From: an uncultured Peptococcaceae bacterium
GTDB lineage: Bacteria > Bacillota > Dehalobacteriia > UBA4068 > UBA4997
Assembly (NCBI GenBank): GCA_937897635.1
Contig: CALCQI010000029.1
Coordinates: forward strand, 15,748 to 79,747
Direction of reading: 5' to 3'
DNA: 64,000 nt
Under the pieces are notes generated by a model that had not been told where the DNA came from, did no database searches, and worked only from the letters and a program-made list of their open reading frames with translations. This document shows, one piece after another, positions 57,403-64,000 of this stretch; the first letter of the stretch is position 1; every line of letters starts with the position of its first letter. Made by a program: the position numbers and the translations under genes.

Positions 57403-57987
57403 TTAAATTAAACGCCTTCTTTTCCTTAAAGCCAAAGGAGGCCCCAAAAGCTCCGACATAACTATGATCTGTTTTATATCCTGCATAGTTTTGCCTTCAA
57501 AAACATGATGAGTATTTTCCTCCTCAACTATTTTTTCAAGAAATACTTTTGGTGATGGTTCGAAAGTTACCGTTGCCGTTTTTGCGGAGGGCAAAACAGT
57601 TTTGTTTATTATGGGTTTTGGTTCCGTCTTGGAGGCAACAGCTAAAGGCTCTTGTAAAATTATTGGCTCACGTTTTTCTTTTTGAATAGGTTCGGGACGT
57701 ATCATATCCTGCCATTCCGCTTTACCTGCAGCTTCCGAAGCCGCCTTTTTCATGGCTTCCTCAAGCCATTTAGGTAGGCCTACAGACTTTTCCTGCATTG
57801 GCCTTTCAACAGGTTCAACAGAAGGTTTTTGCCTGCCCAGTTCTTCATCATAATCATATTCTTCGTAATTGTATTCTTGGTAATCTTCAGGCTTTTGTGT
57901 AGTTTTAGGCGGCTGTTTCTTTTGATTTTTCTTGCCAAAAATTTCCGTCAAGGCTACAATAAGGGCTAAAATGACCCATATTTCCAT
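57403..57987 (-). CDS. Membrane-anchored hypothetical protein at the yqfB position of the floA operon
   Basis: 194 aa; N-terminal TM helix, acidic Tyr/Glu-rich region, Pro/Lys-rich linker. SD GGAGGTGA 7 nt before the ATG. Confidence 0.4.
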   Translation of the reverse strand: MEIWVILALIVALTEIFGKKNQKKQPPKTTQKPEDYQEYNYEEYDYDEELGRQKPSVEPVERPMQEKSVGLPKWLEEAMKKAASEAAGKAEWQDMIRPEPIQKEKREPIILQEPLAVASKTEPKPIINKTVLPSAKTATVTFEPSPKVFLEKIVEEENTHHVFEGKTMQDIKQIIVMSELLGPPLALRKRRRLI

Positions 57988-58022
57988 GCAGGCATCACCT
58001 CCCCGCTTTCAAAAAAAGCTCT

Positions 58023-59015
58023 TTATTTATCGGCATCTGTTGAAGACCCTTGAGAAATACCTGTACGCATATTAGTATCCGCCTGGATATTTTGCATCTG
58101 AAAATAATCCATTACACCAAGCCTGCCGTTACGGAAAGCTTCTGCCATAGCAAGCGGCACTTCAGCTTCCGCTTCCACAACTTTAGCACGCATAGATTTG
58201 ATTTGAGCCATCATTTCCTGCTCGGTAGCTACAGCCATAGCACGACGTTCTTCCGCCTTGGCCTGGGCAATCTTCTTATCGGCCTCTGCCTGGTCGGTTT
58301 GCAGTTGGGCACCTATATTCCTGCCGATATCAACATCTGCTATATCAATAGAGAGTATTTCAAAAGCTGTGCCTGCATCCAAGCCTTTTGCCAATACAGT
58401 ACGAGAAATGGAATCGGGGTTTTCCAATACTTCATTATGGCTATTGGAAGAACCAACAGTGGTAACTATACCTTCACCAACACGGGCAATAACAGTTTCC
58501 TCGCCCGCACCGCCTACCAAACGGTCAATATTCGCGCGTACAGTCACCCTTGCCCTTACTTTTACTTCAATACCGTTTTTAGCCATAGCGGCAATCACGG
58601 GGGTTTCAATAACTTTGGGATTAACACTCATTTGTACGGCCTGCAAAACATCACGTCCTGCCAGATCAATAGCGGCAGAACGCTCAAAAGGCAAATTGAT
58701 ATTTGCTCTTTCGGAAGCTATCAAGGCATTTACTACCCTATCCACATTACCGCCCGCCAAATAGTGGGCTTCCAACTGGCTTACTTTTACATTCAAACCC
58801 GCTTTTTCCGCCTTGATAAGGGGATTTACTATTTTAGCGGGGCTTACCCTTCTTAAACGCATACCTATCAAATCGATGATACCTACTTTGGCACCTGCTG
58901 CCAAGGCGGATATCCACAAACGTATAGGTACAAAACTGAAAATCATCAGCACCAGAAAAATAACCAGAAGCAGTAAAATTAAACCACCAATATTAAAGCC
59001 TGAAATAAAACCCAT
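58023..59015 (-). CDS. floA: Flotillin-like protein FloA (YqfA, UPF0365)
   Basis: 330 aa; N-terminal TM, SPFH-like body, Ala/Glu-rich coiled coil. Confidence 0.85.
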   Translation of the reverse strand: MGFISGFNIGGLILLLLVIFLVLMIFSFVPIRLWISALAAGAKVGIIDLIGMRLRRVSPAKIVNPLIKAEKAGLNVKVSQLEAHYLAGGNVDRVVNALIASERANINLPFERSAAIDLAGRDVLQAVQMSVNPKVIETPVIAAMAKNGIEVKVRARVTVRANIDRLVGGAGEETVIARVGEGIVTTVGSSNSHNEVLENPDSISRTVLAKGLDAGTAFEILSIDIADVDIGRNIGAQLQTDQAEADKKIAQAKAEERRAMAVATEQEMMAQIKSMRAKVVEAEAEVPLAMAEAFRNGRLGVMDYFQMQNIQADTNMRTGISQGSSTDADK

Positions 59016-59044
59016 ACTTTTACCTCCTGTTTTTATTTTTAATA

Positions 59045-60376
59045 TTATTCGTCATCACCTATAGCACGCACTATCACACTGCTGCCATCCACCTTTATAA
59101 CTTTTATTCTTTGCCCTACGGGAATAAAAGATCCTTCTGTAACTACATCTACCCTTAAACCGTTTATATCAACAGCGCCGCTTGGCCTTAAAGGTGTAAG
59201 CACAACACCTATCATACCCAAATAACCGTTCCAATCGGGCGGCTGGCTCAAATAACCTTCATCCGTACCTTCTTTGGTATGCAGTATCAGCTTGTTCCAA
59301 ATCCTTCTGGTTTTACCTACTTTAAGGCTTATAACTACAAGAGCTATCAGCACTATTAACGCTATGCCCAGTTGCAACATGGCTACACCAAAGCTTGGTG
59401 CAACCATTATCACTGCCGCAACCAAACTTATAACGCCTAAAACCCCCGCAACACCAAAACCAGGAATGACAAAAAGCTCTAAGGCCATAAGTACCAGGCT
59501 TAAAACGAACAAGGCAACCGCTATCCAACCCGCATAGCCTGCCATTAAGCCACCCGTAAAATACAAGGTAAGCGCCACTATGCCTATAAAACCCGCTATT
59601 CCGAAACCTGCAAAGAACAATTCCAAAACCAAACCGCTTATGCCAATGGCAAGCAATGCACCCGCTACAGCGGGGCGGGTAAGGAATTGAGACATGGCTT
59701 CTTGGAAAGTTAGATCTATTTTTTCTATTTGCGCATTTTCCAAATCATATTTTACTAAAACATCGTTTAGCGTATTGGCTATACCGTCTGCCATTTTTAA
59801 CTCAACTGCCTGCGCTGCACTTAAAGTTAAAAGTTTATCTTTTTCTATTATTCCCTCTATGGCAATATCACTATCCACCATAGCGGCTGCTGTTAAACCA
59901 TCCCTGCCGTTTTGTTGTGCCGCCGACTTTATTTCCGCCGCAAAGAAGGAAACTATTTTTTCATCCGCTTTTTCATCACCCAGCCTGGGTTCTGCGGCTC
60001 CCATGGTAGCAGAAGGCGACATTACTATTTGATCACAAGCCTGTGCTATTAACGCACCTGCGGAAATGGCCTTACTGTTCACATAACATATAGTATAGAT
60101 AGGTGAATTTGCTATAATATTTTTTATATCCACTGCCGCAGTAGCATAGCCCCCGTAGGTATCCAGTTCTAAAAGCATATAGTCGGCATTTGCCGTCAAG
60201 GCTTCACTATAAGCACGCCCCACATATTCCGTCATACCGCTATCGATATCACCCGCGATTTTGAACCGATAAACAACATCATTGTTTACAGCATCCAATT
60301 CCTGTGCCGCAAGCGCTGAAGATCCAAAAACCACAAGCAATAAACAAATCATAATGACCATTATTTTTTTGGGCAT
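59045..60376 (-). CDS. nfeD: NfeD-family membrane-bound ClpP-class protease (YqeZ)
   Basis: 443 aa; signal peptide, ClpP-like domain, multiple TMs, C-terminal OB-fold. Upstream of floA as in Bacillus. Confidence 0.8.
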   Translation of the reverse strand: MPKKIMVIMICLLLVVFGSSALAAQELDAVNNDVVYRFKIAGDIDSGMTEYVGRAYSEALTANADYMLLELDTYGGYATAAVDIKNIIANSPIYTICYVNSKAISAGALIAQACDQIVMSPSATMGAAEPRLGDEKADEKIVSFFAAEIKSAAQQNGRDGLTAAAMVDSDIAIEGIIEKDKLLTLSAAQAVELKMADGIANTLNDVLVKYDLENAQIEKIDLTFQEAMSQFLTRPAVAGALLAIGISGLVLELFFAGFGIAGFIGIVALTLYFTGGLMAGYAGWIAVALFVLSLVLMALELFVIPGFGVAGVLGVISLVAAVIMVAPSFGVAMLQLGIALIVLIALVVISLKVGKTRRIWNKLILHTKEGTDEGYLSQPPDWNGYLGMIGVVLTPLRPSGAVDINGLRVDVVTEGSFIPVGQRIKVIKVDGSSVIVRAIGDDE

Positions 60377-60628
60377 ATTATACCTCCGCTTCTTGTAATC
60401 AACAAATCGGTTTATTAAACTATATTATACACCATTTGCTAAAATAAATAAATGAAAAACGTTAAAACAGCTTTACATAGCAATAGACAAAAAAAATTCA
60501 ATACTTGTTCCCTATATTTCTAGAAAAATGATTTTTTGTTTTACATTGGATATTATACTAAAAAATTTTAAGTAAGCTATTTTAAAGCAGTGATATCCCA
60601 AAACGCTGATAACACAAAGATAAATAAA

Positions 60629-60686
60629 AAACAGCACCAAGAGTGCTGTTTAAAAATAGTAAAGCCTAACTTAAAAGTTAGGCTTT
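60629..60686 (-). terminator. Tandem intrinsic terminators downstream of rpsU
   Basis: AAACAGCAC-CAAGA-GTGCTGTTT (60629..60651) and AAAGCCTAAC-TTAAAA-GTTAGGCTTT (60661..60686), each followed on the minus strand by U-runs. Confidence 0.65.
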
Positions 60687-60718
60687 TATGACTGTATGTT
60701 GAGAAGGGGATTACGCCT

Positions 60719-60895
60719 TTAGTTCCATTTACGTTTCCTTGCGGCCTCAGATTTTTTCTTTCTTTTTACGCTAGGCTTTTCGTAATGTTCATGTTTGCGC
60801 ATTTCCGACATAACACCGGAACGCTGACAAGTACGTTTGAAACGACGTAACGCACTATCCAAACTTTCATTTTTACCTACTCGTACTTCACTCAT
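60719..60895 (-). CDS. rpsU: 30S ribosomal protein S21
   Basis: 58 aa, [21 protein letters not shown]... SD GGAGGG 6 nt before the ATG at 60895; the ORF track runs to 60937. Confidence 0.9.
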   Translation of the reverse strand: MSEVRVGKNESLDSALRRFKRTCQRSGVMSEMRKHEHYEKPSVKRKKKSEAARKRKWN

Positions 60896-61015
60896 TGTCT
60901 TCCCTCCCCTCAGTTGCACCGGATAAACACTATACAAGAGTGTATAGTTCTAGACCATTATAGCTAAATTTTCGGAATTAGTCAACCGTAAGTATTGTAA
61001 AATATAAGTATTTTA

Positions 61016-61357
61016 CTAGCAAATATCACCTAATAATGCTCCGCCCAATAAATGATAATGTAAATGCGGCACTAATTGCCCCGAATCGGCACGACAATTG
61101 GTGGTAAGCCTGTAGCCGCTTTCATCTATGCCTTGTTCCTTGGCTATTTGTTTGGCTACCCATTGTATTTTAGCCAACAAGGCTATATCCGCAGCTTCTG
61201 CATCTGCTATGGAGGTTATGTGTTTTTTAGGAATAATCAAAATGTGTACAGGAGCTTTGGGCGCAATATCCTTAAATGCCAAAACATCGGCATCCTCATA
61301 AACCACATCAGGTGTTATTTCTTTGTTGGCAAATTTACAGAACAAGCAATCACTCAT
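61016..61357 (-). CDS. HIT-family (histidine triad) nucleotide hydrolase
   Basis: C-terminal HLHYHLLGG triad and N-terminal DCLFCKF. SD GGAGG 8 nt before the ATG at 61357. Confidence 0.8.
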   Translation of the reverse strand: MSDCLFCKFANKEITPDVVYEDADVLAFKDIAPKAPVHILIIPKKHITSIADAEAADIALLAKIQWVAKQIAKEQGIDESGYRLTTNCRADSGQLVPHLHYHLLGGALLGDIC

Positions 61358-61443
61358 GTAAAAAACCTCCATATCTATTTAAAATATAGCTGGCTTATAA
61401 AAATATAAATCCAGTATATTACCTGTAATGACGAATGTCAACC

Positions 61444-62763
61444 TTAAGCATACAAATAGCCGTCTTGCCAAGATTTTAGCATCACTTCCTCTATAGTACC
61501 CAGTTTATGCTCACCGCAAACTGCAACAGGCAGGTAATTTGGCGTATGACCAACATAATAAAGGCCTCCCTGCTTTTTTTCGGTTTGCTCCCAAAGTACT
61601 TTTATGGTTTGACCTATATAATTTTCCGCAAAGGCCTTTTCAGATGCTATAGCCAAGCTGCCCAAGGCTGCTGCCCTTGCCGTTTTCTGCTTTGTTCCCA
61701 CCTGGTTCGGCAAAGACACAGCCAGCGTGCCTTCCCTTACAGAATAGGGAAATACGTGCATTTTGGCAAAAGCCATCTCCTTAGCAAAAGCCAAACCACT
61801 TTGGAACATAGCTTCCGTTTCGCCAGGAAAACCCACCATTATATCCGTAGTGATGGCAACATTGGGGATTATATACCGTATTTTGGTAAGCAGGCTGCGG
61901 TAATAAGCTGTGGTATAGTTACGGCGCATGGCTTTAAGTATATCGTCTTGCCCTGCCTGCAAAGGTATATGAAAATGCGGGCATATATTAGTGTGCCCCT
62001 GAACTACCTTTAGTAATTCATCCGTAACTTCCAAAGGCTCAATAGAACCCAAACGCAGCCTTTCCAGCCCCTCTATGCAGGCAAGCCTTTTCACAAGCCC
62101 AGCAAAATTGACTTTATCCGCTAAATCCGTACCATAAGCACCCGTATGAATGCCCGTAAGCACTATTTCCTTAAACCCCTCTTTTACCAAAGCCTGCGCC
62201 TGCAGCAAGACTTGCTCCGGCGGATTGGAACGCACAGGCCCCCTAGCATAAGGTATTATACAATAACTGCAAAACTGATTACAACCATCCTCTATTTTTA
62301 AGTTTGCCCTGGTTCTGCTTTGATGTGGATTTACAGTATTTATAGCTACAAACTCCGTAGCTTTTGCTACATCACTTACCTGCATAAAAGTTTTTTGTCC
62401 ATTTTTACACTCATGCAGGTAATTTTCCACCAGGTTTACTATATTTGCTCTGTCATCCGTGCCTATTATCATGTTCACGCCTTCAATTTGGGCTATTTTC
62501 TCTTTTGCTACCTGAGCATAACAACCCGTGGCAAGCACTATTGCATTAGGGTTATTTCTACGGGCACGTCTTAGCATTTGGCGAGACTTTCTATCCGCCA
62601 AATGGGTTACCGTACAGGTATTTATAATATACAAATCGGCCTTATCTTCAAAATCCGCCACTTGCCAGCCTGCGGTTTCAAACAACCCCAAAATAGCGGC
62701 ACCTTCCTCTTGATTAACCTTGCAGCCCAAAGTATAAAGGGCAACCGTTTTCTGAACAGGCAT
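61444..62763 (-). CDS. mtaB: Radical-SAM tRNA methylthiotransferase (MtaB/YqeV-like)
   Basis: 439 aa; MTTase N-domain LGCKVNQ, radical-SAM CxxxCxxC (CNQFCSYC), TRAM C-terminus. Confidence 0.8.
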   Translation of the reverse strand: MPVQKTVALYTLGCKVNQEEGAAILGLFETAGWQVADFEDKADLYIINTCTVTHLADRKSRQMLRRARRNNPNAIVLATGCYAQVAKEKIAQIEGVNMIIGTDDRANIVNLVENYLHECKNGQKTFMQVSDVAKATEFVAINTVNPHQSRTRANLKIEDGCNQFCSYCIIPYARGPVRSNPPEQVLLQAQALVKEGFKEIVLTGIHTGAYGTDLADKVNFAGLVKRLACIEGLERLRLGSIEPLEVTDELLKVVQGHTNICPHFHIPLQAGQDDILKAMRRNYTTAYYRSLLTKIRYIIPNVAITTDIMVGFPGETEAMFQSGLAFAKEMAFAKMHVFPYSVREGTLAVSLPNQVGTKQKTARAAALGSLAIASEKAFAENYIGQTIKVLWEQTEKKQGGLYYVGHTPNYLPVAVCGEHKLGTIEEVMLKSWQDGYLYA

Positions 62764-63512
62764 TAGGCTTTACCCCCTATATCGCCCCAGGCAAACATGA
62801 TTATGGCAACAGCACTTACAGCCGCCGTTTCCGTACGCAAAATCCGTGGACCCAGTGTAACAACTTCCGCCCCTTTGGCTTTGGCCGTTTTAACCTCTGC
62901 CACCGTTAAACCACCTTCAGGGCCTATGATAACCGCCGCTTTTTGAGGCGGTTTTGCCGCTAAAAGCTTACTCAAACTATTTTCGGTTTCAGATTCCCAG
63001 GGCATGATGATTTGAGTATTTTCAGGCAAGCATAATAAGGCATTTTGCAGATTTTGCACAGGTAAAATTTCGGGTATTTTATCCCTGCCGCATTGTTTGG
63101 CGGCGGCTTCGGCTATTTTTTGCCAACGTTTTTGCCTATCTATGGCTTTATCACCTTTAAGCTGTACTACACTGCGTTCACAAGCCAAAGGAATAACTGT
63201 GCTTACACCCAGCTCCACAGCTTTTTGAATGATAAGCTCCATTTTTTCGCCTTTAGCAATGCCCTGCAATAAATAAAGCTGTAAATCAGCCTCTTTGGCC
63301 GCAGGCAAAACCTGTTTCAGCAACAATTCCACCCTATTTTCGTTGATTTTAATGATTTCCGCTATAAAAGGGCTATTGCCGCACACCACTTCCAGTTCTG
63401 CACCCACAGCTTTACGCAATACCAGGCTTATGTGCCTGGCATCACTGCCTTCAATATATATATCATCGCCTATTTGCGGGTCTTTTTTAGTTTCCACAAA
63501 AAAACGGCTCAT
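62763..63512 (-). CDS. rsmE: 16S rRNA m3U1498 methyltransferase RsmE
   Basis: 249 aa; PUA-like N-terminus and SPOUT C-terminus. Overlaps mtaB by 1 nt. Confidence 0.8.
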   Translation of the reverse strand: MSRFFVETKKDPQIGDDIYIEGSDARHISLVLRKAVGAELEVVCGNSPFIAEIIKINENRVELLLKQVLPAAKEADLQLYLLQGIAKGEKMELIIQKAVELGVSTVIPLACERSVVQLKGDKAIDRQKRWQKIAEAAAKQCGRDKIPEILPVQNLQNALLCLPENTQIIMPWESETENSLSKLLAAKPPQKAAVIIGPEGGLTVAEVKTAKAKGAEVVTLGPRILRTETAAVSAVAIIMFAWGDIGGKA

Positions 63513-64000
63513 AGATCCTCCCTTACAGCGGTTAAAGCTACCCAGCCCTTTTCTTCTTTGGTTTCTGTTAATTTAAAGCCTGCTGCCTTTAAAGCATTTA
63601 TTACTTCCGCAAGCCTTTCTTCAATAATACCCGAAACCAAAACTTTGCCCGTATCTTGCAAAAACTCCTTGAATAATGGGCTCATGGCTATAATAACATC
63701 TGCCACTATATTGGCAACTATAATATCATAGCCGCCTCCTATTTGTTTACACAAGCCTTCATCCTCTATAATATTTCCCCAAAAGCCTGTATAATGCTCA
63801 TCTGCTATGCCATTTCTTTTAGCATTTGCTATGGCTGTAGCAACGGAATATTGGTCTATATCCACAACTGTTGCGGAAGCTGCGCCCAAAAGCATGGCTG
63901 ATATGGCAAGTATACCGCTGCCACAGCCTAAATCCAACACTTTATCCCCCGCATTAAGACTGTTTTCTAAGGCTTCAAGACATAAACGGGTAGTATAATG
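63509..64000 (-). CDS. prmA: Ribosomal protein L11 methyltransferase, 5'-truncated by the window edge
   Basis: The frame is open to the window edge and reads ..[34 protein letters not shown].. (PrmA SAM motif). ATGA overlap with rsmE. Confidence 0.8.
   Translation of the reverse strand, partial: [163 protein letters not shown]

Noticed and set aside
58050-58856. 268-aa + strand ORF
   Set aside because: It is entirely antisense to floA. The composition (His/Phe/Tyr-rich) is a mirror of the Ala/Glu-rich floA coding strand, and it has no RBS.
1-64000. Mobile elements, CRISPR arrays, restriction-modification or other defence genes
   Set aside because: No transposase or integrase-like ORFs, no direct-repeat arrays, no methyltransferase/endonuclease pairs. 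The only repeats are terminator hairpins and the 9-bp GGF-codon repeat.

Overview
This looks like a chromosomal segment from a spore-forming Firmicute (Clostridia-like; AT-rich, strong GGAGG-type ribosome-binding sites, many genes overlapping by 1-4 nt). Genes are almost entirely on the minus strand and follow two conserved Bacillus-type syntenies: priA-def-fmt-rsmB-rlmN-prpC-prkC-rsgA-rpe, and prmA-rsmE-mtaB-rpsU-nfeD-floA-yqfC-yqfD-phoH-pgpH-ybeY-dgkA-era-recO-glyQS. Other housekeeping content includes spoVAC/D/Eb, glmM-cdaR-cdaA (c-di-AMP), ilvD-ilvN-ilvB and glyQS (each behind a T-box leader), addAB, ppdK and hflX. A sporulation islet holds small coat-F-like, DUF1540 and Gly-rich proteins. 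I found no mobile elements, CRISPR arrays, rRNA or tRNA genes. All protein calls are from motif and family recognition by eye on the supplied ORF translations; no database search was run. Most worth a second look: (1) HflX carries an N-terminal extension with an exact JAMM/MPN+ zinc-isopeptidase motif (E..HxHx7Sx2D), and an orphan MoaD/ThiS-like ubiquitin-fold protein ending in Gly-Gly lies about 1 kb upstream on the same strand, translationally coupled to ppdK. (2) A compact three-gene cluster, ATP-grasp -> PHP phosphoesterase -> polysaccharide deacetylase with no signal peptide, is inserted into the otherwise conserved yqfB/yqfC junction next to sporulation genes.
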